Notes: a model not told the origin generated them from the sequence alone. DNA of 64,000 nt from an uncultured bacterium (GCA_943788175.1 CALSPG010000005.1:128001-192000); one strand, 5' to 3'; positions 20,941 to 32,296 are shown, counted from the stretch's first letter. A program made the numbers and translations.

Positions 20941-21149
20941 GTTTTTATCAAACATGGCTACCATTCATTTATCTGTATGGAATTGGTGGTCTTTCTTTTT
21001 TATTTGGAACTTTTTTAATATTTAGAACAGGAGCTCTGCGCGTAAATGATCCCGTGCATAAGAAATGGGTTTGGGTATTGTTCTATGGATATTTCTTTTA
21101 TGCTTTTATACATGCTTTTTTTATCTATATAGCGATTGAGAGTATTTAA
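20937..21149 (+). CDS. Small two-TM membrane protein
   Basis: Two hydrophobic segments; overlaps both neighbours. Confidence 0.7.
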   Translation: MSFYQTWLPFIYLYGIGGLSFLFGTFLIFRTGALRVNDPVHKKWVWVLFYGYFFYAFIHAFFIYIAIESI

Positions 21150-23011
21150 TGGAGAATATTTTAGGAACAAATTTAGATAGAATAGTTATACTCGCTTACT
21201 TTGCTATAGTAATGGGTTTTGGCGCTTATTTTGGTAAATACAGCAAAACAACATCTGATTATTTTTTTGGTGGAAGACGGTTTGCTTGGTGGCTCATAAC
21301 GATATCAATAGTCGCAACGGGAATTGGCTCTCATAGTTTCGTTAAATATTCTACCAAAGCATATCAGTACGGGTTTTCATCGACAATGACCTACATGAAC
21401 GATTGGTTCTTTATGCCACTATTTTTGTTTGGTTGGCTTCCAATAATTTATTACTTGAGGCTTGGTTCAATACCTGAATACTTTGAACGCAGGTTTAGTC
21501 GTGAAGCAAGATATATCGCTACTTTTATGATATTAATGTATATGATTGGTTACATTGCAATTCAGTTTCTGACCTTGGCGACTGCTCTTTACAAGATATA
21601 TGGCATTCCGTTAATGCTCACAGTGATTTTAATTGCAATCGCGACGACTATCTATATGCATTTTGGGGGGCAAACCTCAGTTATCTTTACAGATTTGATT
21701 CAAGGGTTTATTTTAATTTTTGCTGGGTTACTACTTTTTTATTTAGGACTTAATTATCTCGTTGATAACACATCCTATTCATCTGGTTTAAAAGCCCTAT
21801 GGGAAAACCTTTCCCCAGCAGAAAAGCTTCCTCTTGCTAATTTTAATTCACCACCTGATTTTAATTTTGTAGGTATATTTTGGCAAGATGGTATTGCTGG
21901 ATCTATTGGGTTTTTATTTTTAAACCAAGGCCTAATTATGAGGTTCATGGCAGCTAGAAGTGTTAATGAAGGAAGAAAAGCTGCAGCATTTAATGTATTG
22001 GTTATTTTACCCGTATCAGCAATCGTGGTTTCAAATGCGGGGTGGATAGGAAAAGCCATCGCAAACTCTATTCCGGGTGCTCTTCCTATTGATCTTGCCC
22101 CGAATGATGTATTTGTATCTGTTGCAAATCTAATTACCTCTCCTGGTGTATTTGGTTTTATAATCGCAGCATTATGCGCTGCACTTATGTCGACATCAGA
22201 CACATTGGTAAATGCATCCTCTTCAGTTATTATTAATGACATTTATAGACCCCTAACAAAAAATAAAGCTTCAGATGAAGAACAATTAAAATTAGCTAGA
22301 CTTGCTTCTGTTTTGGTAAAAGTAATTGCAGTCTGCTTGGTTCCATTTTTCAATTCTTTTGATTCAATATATGAAGCTCACGGCTGGTTTCATTCAACGT
22401 TTACGCCACCATTAGTTGTCGGCGTTTTTTTAGGTATCTTTTGGAGAAGGTTCACTTCAACTGCGGTAATTGCAACATTTGTAGTTGGTGCTTTTTTAAT
22501 GATTCTTGGTCAAATGTATCCATCGCTTGTTAGTCCTTTTTCACATGGAATTGAGTTTAGACCTGGAAGAGGCTATTCTTATATCGGAGCGCTGTATAAT
22601 CTTGTTGTTTGTGCTGGAGTGGGCGTAATTGTAACATTGTTTACAAAGCCAAATCCGAGTAAAAACCTTACGGGATTAACCGTATTTGACGTTCATAAAC
22701 TTAAAAGTATTTTTAAAGGTTCTGATGTTAATGAATTAACGGGTAAACCAGTTATCGTTAATTATGAGATTAAAGATTTAGAAGAAGACATGGTCTCTTT
22801 TTCAGAAGATGACATGAAAATTGCGAATGCTAAAAAAGGTGATCTAGTATACATACAGGATTCAAGGTGGTGGCTAGGAGGGCTTAAGTCAATACACGCT
22901 ACTTATGATACACCTCATAAACAAAGTGGAACAGTATTTATAAGTCAAAAGCAATGCGACTCAGGCATGTTTATTGATGGCCTGTCGCTTAAAGCAGAAA
23001 AAGAAATGTAA
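21149..23011 (+). CDS. Sodium:solute symporter with soluble C-terminal extension
   Basis: DYFFGGR, SIPEYFERRF, GGQTSVIFTDLIQ, AALMSTSD. Confidence 0.92.
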   Translation: MENILGTNLDRIVILAYFAIVMGFGAYFGKYSKTTSDYFFGGRRFAWWLITISIVATGIGSHSFVKYSTKAYQYGFSSTMTYMNDWFFMPLFLFGWLPIIYYLRLGSIPEYFERRFSREARYIATFMILMYMIGYIAIQFLTLATALYKIYGIPLMLTVILIAIATTIYMHFGGQTSVIFTDLIQGFILIFAGLLLFYLGLNYLVDNTSYSSGLKALWENLSPAEKLPLANFNSPPDFNFVGIFWQDGIAGSIGFLFLNQGLIMRFMAARSVNEGRKAAAFNVLVILPVSAIVVSNAGWIGKAIANSIPGALPIDLAPNDVFVSVANLITSPGVFGFIIAALCAALMSTSDTLVNASSSVIINDIYRPLTKNKASDEEQLKLARLASVLVKVIAVCLVPFFNSFDSIYEAHGWFHSTFTPPLVVGVFLGIFWRRFTSTAVIATFVVGAFLMILGQMYPSLVSPFSHGIEFRPGRGYSYIGALYNLVVCAGVGVIVTLFTKPNPSKNLTGLTVFDVHKLKSIFKGSDVNELTGKPVIVNYEIKDLEEDMVSFSEDDMKIANAKKGDLVYIQDSRWWLGGLKSIHATYDTPHKQSGTVFISQKQCDSGMFIDGLSLKAEKEM

Positions 23012-23055
23012 TCTTACATTATCAGGGCCGTGATTACCGCTTAAACCTTTTAGTA

Positions 23056-24147
23056 ATGAAAAATAAAAAACACACTCCAAATTATCGCGATTACTTACAA
23101 TTAAAATCACTACTAAAATCGCAAGAATTGGTAAGCGATAAATTAGGTAAAAAAGCTCACGATGAGATGCTTTTTATAATTACCCATCAAGTATACGAGC
23201 TCTGGTTTAAACAAATATTATATGAAATTGATTCAATTTTTGAAGTTTTCAATATTAAAAACGTTGATGAATCAAAAATTGGTACTGTTGTAAGTAGACT
23301 TCATAGAATTAATGAAATAATTCAACTGCTAATTGATCAGATAAAAATTTTAGAGACAATGACACCAATGGATTTTTTAGAATTCAGGGATATGTTAACT
23401 CCAGCTTCTGGGTTTCAAAGTGGGCAGTTTAGAATGATTGAAAATAAAATAGGCCTTCTAAAAAATGAGCGACATACATATGGAGGGAAAAATTACAAAG
23501 ATAAAATACACAAAAATGAATTTAAGGATGTTGAAAATTCAGAAAATTCGGATTCTTTATTTATTTTTGTCGAGAAATGGCTTGAGAGAACGCCTTTTTT
23601 AATATCCGAAGATTATAATTTTTGGGATCAATATAAAAAAGCTGTAAAAAAAATGATTTTAAATGATAAAAAAATTATAGAAAAAAATGGAAGCCTTTCA
23701 GAAGATGAAAAAGAAAGTCACTATAATCAATATAATTCAACAGAAAAAATGTTTAACTCTTTTTTTGATGAGTCAGTTTTTTCAAAAATGAAATCTAGTG
23801 GCCAGTTTAGATTATCATATAAGGCCACGCATGCAGCACTTTTAATTTTATTATATCGAGATCAACCGATATTACATAATCCTTATAGACTACTAAGCAA
23901 ATTAATTGATCTTGATGAACTCCTTACGACTTGGAGATATAAACATCATTTGCTAGCGACAAGAATGATAGGTAAAAAAATAGGAACTGGTGGTTCTGTA
24001 GGAGCCTCATATTTAAAAAAAGCTTTAACGAAGCACAGAGTATTTGAAGATTTAAGCAGTCTAACGACCTTTTTAATTCCACGATCTGAATTGCCGAGTT
24101 TACCTGAGGGTATTATTCGAAAGCTAAGTTTTCATTATGATTCATAA
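23056..24147 (+). CDS. kynA: Tryptophan 2,3-dioxygenase (long type)
   Basis: HDEMLFIITHQVYELWFKQ, PASGFQS, RMIGKKIGTGGS. Confidence 0.93.
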   Translation: MKNKKHTPNYRDYLQLKSLLKSQELVSDKLGKKAHDEMLFIITHQVYELWFKQILYEIDSIFEVFNIKNVDESKIGTVVSRLHRINEIIQLLIDQIKILETMTPMDFLEFRDMLTPASGFQSGQFRMIENKIGLLKNERHTYGGKNYKDKIHKNEFKDVENSENSDSLFIFVEKWLERTPFLISEDYNFWDQYKKAVKKMILNDKKIIEKNGSLSEDEKESHYNQYNSTEKMFNSFFDESVFSKMKSSGQFRLSYKATHAALLILLYRDQPILHNPYRLLSKLIDLDELLTTWRYKHHLLATRMIGKKIGTGGSVGASYLKKALTKHRVFEDLSSLTTFLIPRSELPSLPEGIIRKLSFHYDS

Positions 24148-24161
24148 TATTGATACCTTAA

Positions 24162-25903
24162 TTATAAGCTAAAGTCTTCCTCGATTAATTCCAGACCTCT
24201 TTCTATTGCGTTTTTTAGTTGTAAATCAGATTTAAACTTTATTAAATGATTTTTTAAAAATTGGACTTCGTTTCTGATAGTCTGATCTTTATAAATAATC
24301 TCATAAATAATCATACATAAAAGCCATTCTTTATCATATTTCTTATATACAATTTTTAGTATTGTTATATAATCTTCACTTGCTGATTTTTCATTTCTAA
24401 GGTTTTCAACTTTGCCATATAATTTGTTTAGGTATTCAGTGTCTTCTGTGAGATTTGATGAATGATATGAAATATCTTTTTTAGTTAGTTCTAACTTTTG
24501 ATAATTAATCCAATCAGCTGGGCCACCATAAATAGAGACTATCTTATTTCCACATGCGAGGTCATATTGGCCCCAGTCTGGTTTAAATAACACATCATTT
24601 TTTAGTCTAACAGAGGCATTATTCAATGTTATTAAAATTGGTTTACCTTCGAATTTGATTATACTATTTATAGTACCTGAAACAATTAAACCATTGTAAA
24701 ATTTTATTGTTGAATGCTTTGCAGGTTCAACGTTAATCGTTTTTAATTCTTCATCGCTTAACTCGTATAGTGATTTATTCAGAGGGATTATATGCCCAAG
24801 TGCAGCGCCATAACCTTCAGGTGGGTTACCGTTCCGTGACCATCTATTTCAGCATTTTTGTAACATAGCTGAGTCTTTCCAAGGTAGTTTAAATATGACG
24901 GTTGATTCTTTTTATCATATATACATTTATTTAAAACGCCTGACACTTGTAACCCCGAATCAAAAACTGTGGTTGTTGTATTCTCTGATAAAATAGCTTT
25001 TTCTACAGCGGATTTACCACCAACAACATAGGCCATTGTTCTACTATAATCGGTTAATATATTTTTCAAATTTTTAAAGCTTTCTGTTACAAAAAGTTGT
25101 GGTTGCGGTTTGGTAATATTATAGTCCTGTTTTATACAGTCTAAGCTAATTGGTATTTTTTTTACATTATTTTTTAGACAAGAAACGCTTTCAGAGACTG
25201 ATGACAATAGGCCTGCTCCATAAATTTTAGGGTTAGACAAGTCACCAACTAAACCATACTCAATTGTCCACCAGTTCATTCTTGCGAGTTCGCTAGCTTC
25301 ACTTAGCCATTCTTTCTTGCTAGATATCATTTCAAATTCGTGTTCAATTTCTTTTAAAATTTTAGAATTTACATTTGGGTTTTCTTTTGATATTGAAAGA
25401 TTTCTAACTATTTCATATTGTTTTGCATCACTTTTTGATTCAATCGCTTTCTTTGCTATCTCTCCATATGAGCATAAATATTCAGCATAGTCTTCATTTG
25501 CAATTATTGGAGCGTGCCCGGCTGCTTCATGTATAATATCTGGAGCAGGAGTGTATGTAATATGATTACTTGTTCTAATATCAACAGCAATTGGAAGAAC
25601 TTTGCGTGCCAAAAACTCCATGAAAATAATTGGTGGTATAAACCCTTTCACGCTTGCGGCTCCCCAACCAAACTCATCGAGTTTTCTATCCATGTCATCA
25701 ATTTTCGGAATATGCTCTGTTGGAATCCCAACTTTTTTTATTCCTTCGATATATGATTTCTGAGCATTTTTTTTAAAAAAAGGAATGGATATTTTCATAA
25801 CGTATCGCCAAACGGCTTGGTCAATATGTGAGTATAATGAGTAATCCTGTGTGGAAGTATACTCTAATAATCGTTGTGGAAGACTTGTTCGTGCTTTACT
25901 CAT
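24162..25903 (-). CDS. phhA: Phenylalanine 4-hydroxylase, long form (~580 aa); one base missing near 24820
   Basis: PDIIHEAAGHAP, WWTIEYGL, YGAGLLSS; adding one C in CACC gives HPEGYG and joins 24788-25903 to 24162-24626. Confidence 0.88.
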
Positions 25904-26063
25904 TTTTTAAAATATTTATTAAATCTAAGCTAAAATAACTTTTATATCATTAATATTAGTCAAAATAAAAAAATTAAAAAATGTACACCTTTTCTGTTAC
26001 TATAAAACAAAAACGGATTAAATTCCGCTCTCTTTTTGATATTTAAAAGTACAAAATTTATAT

Positions 26064-26136
26064 TCCGGAGTAGCTCAGTTGGTAGAGCAGGTGACTGTTA
26101 ATCACTTTGTCGGGGGTTCGAGTCCCTCCTCCGGAG
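26064..26136 (+). tRNA. tRNA-Asn (GTT), CCA not encoded
   Basis: Acceptor TCCGGAG/CTCCGGA, D arm TAGCTCAGTTGGTAGAGC, anticodon loop CTGTTAA, T arm GGTTCGAGTCC. Confidence 0.97.
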
Positions 26137-26152
26137 CAATTTATTTGTTCAT

Positions 26153-28294
26153 TTGCAAAATTTGAAATACTATATAGCAATATTCGGTTTAATTATGAGT
26201 TCATGTTCAAATAATATATTACCCCCAGATGTAAAAAGAATCCCTAAAGATATGGAAGCGCATGGAGATGTAAGGACTGATAATTATTATTGGATGCGTT
26301 TGACTGATGAGCAAAAGTCTGCAAAAAAATACGATAACCAAACCCAGAGCGTTGTTGATTATATCGATGAAGAAACAAAATATTTAGAAAATAGTTTAAA
26401 GCATACAAAACCACTCCAAAAAACTCTTTATGATGAGATGGTTGGTCGCATAAAAAAAGATGATGAGTCAGTACCTTATTTTGAAAACGAATACTTTTAT
26501 TATTCTCGTTATGAAGAGGGTCTAGAGTATCCAATATATTGCCGAAAATATAAAAGTCTAGAAAATGATGAAGAAATTATTCTAAATGTAAATATCTTAG
26601 CGGAAGGATATGATTATTTTTCAATTGGGGGGATGTCTATTAGTCCTGATAATAAATGGCTGTCTTATGGAGTTGATACTCTTAGTAGAAGATATTATAA
26701 AATATATTTTAAAAACCTTGTGTCTGGTGATGTGTTAGATCAAACTATTCCAAATACTACTGGAGGTGCGGCTTGGGCTAATGATAATAAAACAGTATTT
26801 TACACCTCAAAAAACAAAGTTACGCTTTTAGGGGAAAAAATATTTAGGCATAAGATTAAAACTGATTATAAAAAAGACGTTCTTATGTATTTTGAAAAAG
26901 ATGAAACGTACTATAACGGTGTTTACCGATCGAAATCAGGCCAATATATCATTATTTATAATAGCAGTACCTTAGTAAGTGACTATCATATTTTAGACGC
27001 GAACGACCCTGATGGCCAGTTCGTTAATTTCTCGCCAAGAGGGAAAAAACACGAATATGATATTCAACATTATGAAGATTACTTTTATATAATATCAAAT
27101 AAAGAAGCGCCAAATAACCGTTTAATGCGAACAAAGGTAAATGCGACTGATATATCAAACTGGGAAGAAGTCATCGCACATCGTAAAGATGTTCATTTGT
27201 TAGGACTAGAAATTTTTAAAAATCATTTAGTATTTAGTGAAAGAAGAGACGGACTAAGAGCTATTAGAATAATGAATATGATATCTGGAAATGATAGCTA
27301 TATTGATTTTGAAGAAAGCACCTATTCCGCATACATTTCTACAAACGAGGAATACGACTCAAATATACTGAGATATAGTTATTCTTCAATGTTAACACCC
27401 TCTTCTGTTTATGATTATAACATGGACACCCAAGAAAAAAAATTACTTAAACAAAGTGAGGTTATTGGTAAAGGATATGACCAGAGTCTTTATGATGCAG
27501 AAACTATCTATGCTTCAGCTAGAGATGGTGAAAAAATCCCTGTTTATTTAGTCTATCGTAAAGATTTAAAAAAAGAAGGCCCTCAACCGCTTTTATTGTA
27601 TTCCTATGGTTCCTATGGTTCAACATCAGATCCATACTTTAGCTCTGCAAGGCTAAGTTTGTTAGATCGTGGAATTATCTATGCGTTAACAAATGTAAGG
27701 GGCAGTCAAATTTTTGGCAGACAGTCATACGAAGATGGTAAGCTATTAAAAAAGAAGAACACTTTTTATGATTTTATCGATGCGGGTAAGCACTTGGTCG
27801 AAAAAAAATATACTTCACCTGATCAATTATTTTGTTCTGGAGGAAGTGCTGGCGGTTTATTGATTAGTGCTGTAGTTAATATGGAACCTGATTTATGGAA
27901 AGGGGCTATTACGGCTGTGCCATTTGTTGATGTAGTAACGACGATGTTAGACCCTTCAATACCACTTACTTCTAATGAGTGGGATGAGTGGGGTGATCCA
28001 AGAGAAGAGGAATATTATCATTATATGTTATCTTACTCTCCGTATGATCAAATTGAGAAGAAAAAATACCCTAATATTTTGGTTACTTCGGGTTTTTTTG
28101 ATTCACAGGTTCAATACTGGGAACCACTTAAATATGTCGCAAAACTAAGGGACTTTTGGGTAGGCAATAATAAATTATATTTATATATGAATATGGATGC
28201 TGGACATGGTGGGAAGTCCGGTAGATTTAAAATCTACAAGGAAATCGCTCTTGAGTATGCCTATTTGTTAGATCTAGTTAATATTAAAAGTTAA
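26153..28294 (+). CDS. ptrB: Oligopeptidase B (S9A), possible lipoprotein
   Basis: GGSAGG, VPFVDV, DSQVQYWEP, AGHGG; N-terminal MSSC. Confidence 0.92.
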   Translation: MQNLKYYIAIFGLIMSSCSNNILPPDVKRIPKDMEAHGDVRTDNYYWMRLTDEQKSAKKYDNQTQSVVDYIDEETKYLENSLKHTKPLQKTLYDEMVGRIKKDDESVPYFENEYFYYSRYEEGLEYPIYCRKYKSLENDEEIILNVNILAEGYDYFSIGGMSISPDNKWLSYGVDTLSRRYYKIYFKNLVSGDVLDQTIPNTTGGAAWANDNKTVFYTSKNKVTLLGEKIFRHKIKTDYKKDVLMYFEKDETYYNGVYRSKSGQYIIIYNSSTLVSDYHILDANDPDGQFVNFSPRGKKHEYDIQHYEDYFYIISNKEAPNNRLMRTKVNATDISNWEEVIAHRKDVHLLGLEIFKNHLVFSERRDGLRAIRIMNMISGNDSYIDFEESTYSAYISTNEEYDSNILRYSYSSMLTPSSVYDYNMDTQEKKLLKQSEVIGKGYDQSLYDAETIYASARDGEKIPVYLVYRKDLKKEGPQPLLLYSYGSYGSTSDPYFSSARLSLLDRGIIYALTNVRGSQIFGRQSYEDGKLLKKKNTFYDFIDAGKHLVEKKYTSPDQLFCSGGSAGGLLISAVVNMEPDLWKGAITAVPFVDVVTTMLDPSIPLTSNEWDEWGDPREEEYYHYMLSYSPYDQIEKKKYPNILVTSGFFDSQVQYWEPLKYVAKLRDFWVGNNKLYLYMNMDAGHGGKSGRFKIYKEIALEYAYLLDLVNIKS

Positions 28295-28309
28295 ATCTAT
28301 AACCATAAG

Positions 28310-29188
28310 ATGAGTAATTCATTACAAGCATATGTTACTATAATTATTTCCACATGTATTTGCATCTTAGTTGCTCTAGCTAGCGCGCAGGGAAGTTTAA
28401 TCCACGGGTCTTTCCCTGTACTTTTTCTTTGTTTGGCAACTACATTCTTCGTTCAATGGCTCGTTTTTTTACCATCATACTATTGGTCAACCGAACGATT
28501 TTATGACTTAACTGGTAGCTTAACTTTTATCGTAGTAGCTACTACAGCTTTTTATTATAAAAATCAATTTTTAGGTAATAGAGTAGATATAAGATCTCAA
28601 GTAATTACAATTTTTATTTTATTATGGGCATTAAGATTGGGAAGTTATTTATTTCTTAGAATTTTGAAAGATAAAGAAGATAGGCGCTTTAAAGATTGGA
28701 AAACTTCGTTTCCTTTATTTTTAAGGACTTGGACCTTGCAAGGGATGTGGATCTTTTTAACCTCTATTGCTGGTTTAACTGTAATCTGTTCTAGAAATAT
28801 TGTAGACCCAGATTTATATTTTTATTTTGGTTGTGGTATATGGGTGTTTGGATTTTTATTTGAATCGATTTCTGATTATCAAAAAAGAAAGTTTAAAATA
28901 GAAAACCCAAAAATGTTTATACAGACTGGATTATGGTCATTATCAAGGCATCCTAATTATTTTGGTGAAATAGTTCTCTGGATTGGAATTGCAATAATTG
29001 CTTTCCCTGTACTAGAAGGGGCTCAGTTTGTTAGCCTAATATCTCCTGTTTTTGTATTTTGGTTATTAACAAAAGTTAGTGGTGTTCCGTTGTTAGAGAA
29101 ACACGCAGACAAAACTTGGGGTAAGAAAAAGGATTATATAAAGTATAAAGAGGATACACCAGTTCTTTTTCCAAAGTTTTTTAAGTGA
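28310..29188 (+). CDS. DUF1295 / steroid 5-alpha-reductase-like membrane protein
   Basis: FYDLTGS, GLWSLSRHPNYFGE, SGVPLLE. Confidence 0.88.
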   Translation: MSNSLQAYVTIIISTCICILVALASAQGSLIHGSFPVLFLCLATTFFVQWLVFLPSYYWSTERFYDLTGSLTFIVVATTAFYYKNQFLGNRVDIRSQVITIFILLWALRLGSYLFLRILKDKEDRRFKDWKTSFPLFLRTWTLQGMWIFLTSIAGLTVICSRNIVDPDLYFYFGCGIWVFGFLFESISDYQKRKFKIENPKMFIQTGLWSLSRHPNYFGEIVLWIGIAIIAFPVLEGAQFVSLISPVFVFWLLTKVSGVPLLEKHADKTWGKKKDYIKYKEDTPVLFPKFFK

Positions 29189-29195
29189 GTTTTTT

Positions 29196-31616
29196 ATGAT
29201 TTGCAAAAAATTATTTTTTTATAACTTAATTTTTTTCTCTCTGTACGCACAAGAAGACCTAAAATACCAGGTCCCGCCGAAAGAAATTCTTGATTTGATT
29301 GATGTGACCATGCCACCAAGAGTTTTAGTTGATGATAATAAAAACTACATGATTTATCTCTATCGTGATACGTATAAGACTATAGAGGAATTATCTGAAA
29401 AAGAGATGCGGCTTGCAGGGTTAAGAATAAACCCAAAGACTAATATTGGCAGCAGAGTTAGTTATTATAATAATATAAAAATTTCGTCAGTTGGGAATAG
29501 TCCTTCAAAAATTTATGATGTAAAAGGAATGCCAAAAAAACCAAGGCTTTCAAATATAAAATGGTCTCCTGATCAAACAAAAATCGCCATGACAAATACG
29601 ACTAAAGAAGGAGTCGAGCTCTGGATTTTAGATTTAAAAAGTTCAAAATTAAAGAGGTTAACAGGTCCCAAGCTCAATGCAAATTTAGGAAGTGTAATAA
29701 ACTGGTTTAAGGATAGTAAATCATTACTTGTAAAGTTTGTCCCCTTAAAAATTCAGCCTATAATTATGGAGGGCGATTTAATACCTTCCGGTCCTAGGAT
29801 TTCAACCAATGACGGTAAAAAAGCGCAAAATCGAACATATCAAGATCTATTAAAGAATAAGAACGATGAAAAAAACTTTGAGAGTTTAGCGATATCAGAG
29901 CTTTACAAAGTCTCTATAAAAGGGAAAAAGAGATTGTGGAAAAAAAATGATATGTATCGAGACATTAGTTTCTCTCCAGATGGTTCTTACGTATTAGTAT
30001 CAACAATTAAAAAACCTTTTTCATATTTAGTTCCCTATTATAGGTTCCCATCAACATATATAATACATGCAGTAAACAGTAAAGAAGTAAAAAGACTAGC
30101 TAGTATTCCACTTATTGAAGACTTACCAAAAGGTTTTATGGCTGTACGTGAAGGCAAAAGAAGCTTTAAATGGAGATTAGACAAGCCAGCTTCAATTTGT
30201 TTTGTGAGTGCCTTAGACAATGGAGATCCGAATCAAGAAGTCCAATTCAGAGATGAATTATTTCAACTTGATTCTCCTTTTAATAATGATCCAGTTTCAA
30301 TTTTAAAAACTCAAAATAGATATTATCAATCATCTTGGTGTAATGATACTCTAGCGATAGTTTCTGATTATTGGTGGAATAATCGAAATCAAAAAACATA
30401 TCTTTTCAACCCCTCTAACCCTTCCAAAGAGCCTTTGGTTATCTCAGATCGAAACTACCAAGATAGATATAGTGACCCCGGAGATTTTGTTGAGGAAAGA
30501 AATAGATATGGCGAGTATGTGTTATTATTAAGAAATAAAAACTTATTTTTGATAGGAGATGGGTTTTCAGCAGAGGGGCAATTCCCATTTTTAGATGAAC
30601 TAAAAATTAGTACTTTAAAAAAGAAGAGGGTTTATGAGTCAAATATTGAAGGGAAAAAGGAATCTATTAGAGATTTCAACCCAGACGACAATAAACTTTT
30701 TGTAAGGATAGAGTCTCCTAATGAATATCCTAATTACTTTTTTAGAGAGCTAGATGGTGAATTAAATCAAATTACATATTTTACAAACCCTTTTAAAAGT
30801 ATTCAAAATGTTCATAAAGAAGTAATTAAATATAAAAGAGAAGATGGTTTAGATCTCTCAGCAACACTTTACTTGCCAGATGGATATAATTTTAGTCAAA
30901 AAGAAAAGCTACCTATGGTTATGTGGGCTTACCCTAGAGAATACAAAGATAAATCAAGTGCCTCGCAGACGACAAAAAACCCAAATCAATTTACATATCC
31001 ATATGCAGGTTCTCCCATTTATTGGTTAACAAGAGGATATGCCGTTTTAGATAATGTCGCTTTCCCCATAGTCGGTGAAGGGAATAAGCAGCCCAATGAT
31101 GACTTCAGAGTTCAATTAGTTAGTAATGCAAAAGCGGCAATCAATAAAGTAGATAATCTTGGTTATGTTGATGTCGATAGAATTGCAGTTGGCGGACATA
31201 GTTATGGCGCATTTATGGTTGCGAACTTACTTTCCCATTCAAATTATTTTGCGGCAGGAATAGCTAGAAGCGGCGCTTATAATAGGACTCTAACACCATT
31301 TGGTTTTCAAAGTGAAGAAAGAAACTATTGGGAAGCGCCACAGGTATATTACAATATGTCACCTTTCATGCATGCAGATAAACTAAAATCTCCGATTTTA
31401 TTAATCCATGGTGAAGCTGATAATAATTCTGGTACATACCCTTTACAATCTGAAAGATACTTTAATGCTTTAAAGGGGTTAGGGGCAACAGCTAGGCTAG
31501 TAATGCTTCCAAAAGAAAGTCATGGATACAGGGCAAAAGAAAGTATTTTGCATATGCTATGGGAACAAGACACATGGCTAGAAAAATTTGTAAAAAATAA
31601 AAAAGAGATTAATTAA
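29196..31616 (+). CDS. Secreted S9 family peptidase (glutamyl endopeptidase-like)
   Basis: GGHSYG, ARSGAYNRTLTPFGFQ, DNNSGT, ESHGY. Confidence 0.9.
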   Translation: MICKKLFFYNLIFFSLYAQEDLKYQVPPKEILDLIDVTMPPRVLVDDNKNYMIYLYRDTYKTIEELSEKEMRLAGLRINPKTNIGSRVSYYNNIKISSVGNSPSKIYDVKGMPKKPRLSNIKWSPDQTKIAMTNTTKEGVELWILDLKSSKLKRLTGPKLNANLGSVINWFKDSKSLLVKFVPLKIQPIIMEGDLIPSGPRISTNDGKKAQNRTYQDLLKNKNDEKNFESLAISELYKVSIKGKKRLWKKNDMYRDISFSPDGSYVLVSTIKKPFSYLVPYYRFPSTYIIHAVNSKEVKRLASIPLIEDLPKGFMAVREGKRSFKWRLDKPASICFVSALDNGDPNQEVQFRDELFQLDSPFNNDPVSILKTQNRYYQSSWCNDTLAIVSDYWWNNRNQKTYLFNPSNPSKEPLVISDRNYQDRYSDPGDFVEERNRYGEYVLLLRNKNLFLIGDGFSAEGQFPFLDELKISTLKKKRVYESNIEGKKESIRDFNPDDNKLFVRIESPNEYPNYFFRELDGELNQITYFTNPFKSIQNVHKEVIKYKREDGLDLSATLYLPDGYNFSQKEKLPMVMWAYPREYKDKSSASQTTKNPNQFTYPYAGSPIYWLTRGYAVLDNVAFPIVGEGNKQPNDDFRVQLVSNAKAAINKVDNLGYVDVDRIAVGGHSYGAFMVANLLSHSNYFAAGIARSGAYNRTLTPFGFQSEERNYWEAPQVYYNMSPFMHADKLKSPILLIHGEADNNSGTYPLQSERYFNALKGLGATARLVMLPKESHGYRAKESILHMLWEQDTWLEKFVKNKKEIN

Positions 31617-31634
31617 ACTTTAATATTAACTCGA

Positions 31635-32015
31635 TTATATAGAGCTTTTTTGCTCCCACTGTTCACATAATAGTCTATACAAAATTCGTTCATTTTCATG
31701 CACGCTCTTGTCAAGCATAATCACTTCTTTAAAGAGCTCTAGATAAGCAATTTTCATATCATCATCTATTTTATTCTTTAAAGACTTACTCAGGTTAACT
31801 ACAAATTTTTTAACCTCATTAATTCCTTTTTCTAATATGCTATCTAAAAACTGCGTTCGTAGTTTAAGCAGTTCTTTATCTTCATCACTGTATCGATCTA
31901 AAATAACATTTAGATATTTTTTTTCATCAGATGAATATTCATAATCACAGTTTGAAATAACATAAGAAATATCAAACATCACAAGCTCTAATAAATGATT
32001 TTGTTTATCATTCAT
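31635..32015 (-). CDS. TerB-like protein
   Basis: Two D-x4/5-E units (CDYEYSSDE; LDKSVHENE). Confidence 0.55.
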   Translation of the reverse strand: MNDKQNHLLELVMFDISYVISNCDYEYSSDEKKYLNVILDRYSDEDKELLKLRTQFLDSILEKGINEVKKFVVNLSKSLKNKIDDDMKIAYLELFKEVIMLDKSVHENERILYRLLCEQWEQKSSI

Positions 32016-32029
32016 TTTATTACCTCATT

Positions 32030-32296
32030 TTATTTATCATTAATATGCTTACAGTCGATAGGGTTTCTAACGCCATCAATCTGACCTTCTTTAACTTTGA
32101 CACCGTAGGCCATAATTCTAACTAAATGTTTATTCAACACGTTATAATTAAAGTCAATTTTTTGCTCAATATTATCCAGCTTTTGTATCAGCCTGGCTTG
32201 TTCTGAGGAAAGAGAGGAGCTTGTTGCTCCAGATAAAATTATAATAGAGAAACAAAGAAAAAACCCTGATATAAATCCTTTTATGTATGTAGTCAT
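32030..32296 (-). CDS. Small exported/membrane hypothetical protein
   Basis: AGGAG before ATG 32296; hydrophobic N-terminus and coiled segment. Confidence 0.6.
   Translation of the reverse strand: MTTYIKGFISGFFLCFSIIILSGATSSSLSSEQARLIQKLDNIEQKIDFNYNVLNKHLVRIMAYGVKVKEGQIDGVRNPIDCKHINDK

Noticed and set aside
5565-24825. Programmed frameshifting or pseudogenes at ~5570 and ~24820
   Set aside because: Single-base indels in short homopolymers of otherwise intact genes, with similar ones at ~44861 and ~60240; sequencing error is simpler
26064-26136. tRNA-Asn as an island integration site
   Set aside because: No integrase, and I found no duplicated tRNA 3' end
7239-26136. Functional clustering of tgt with its substrate tRNA-Asn
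   Set aside because: 18 kb apart with unrelated operons between; probably coincidence
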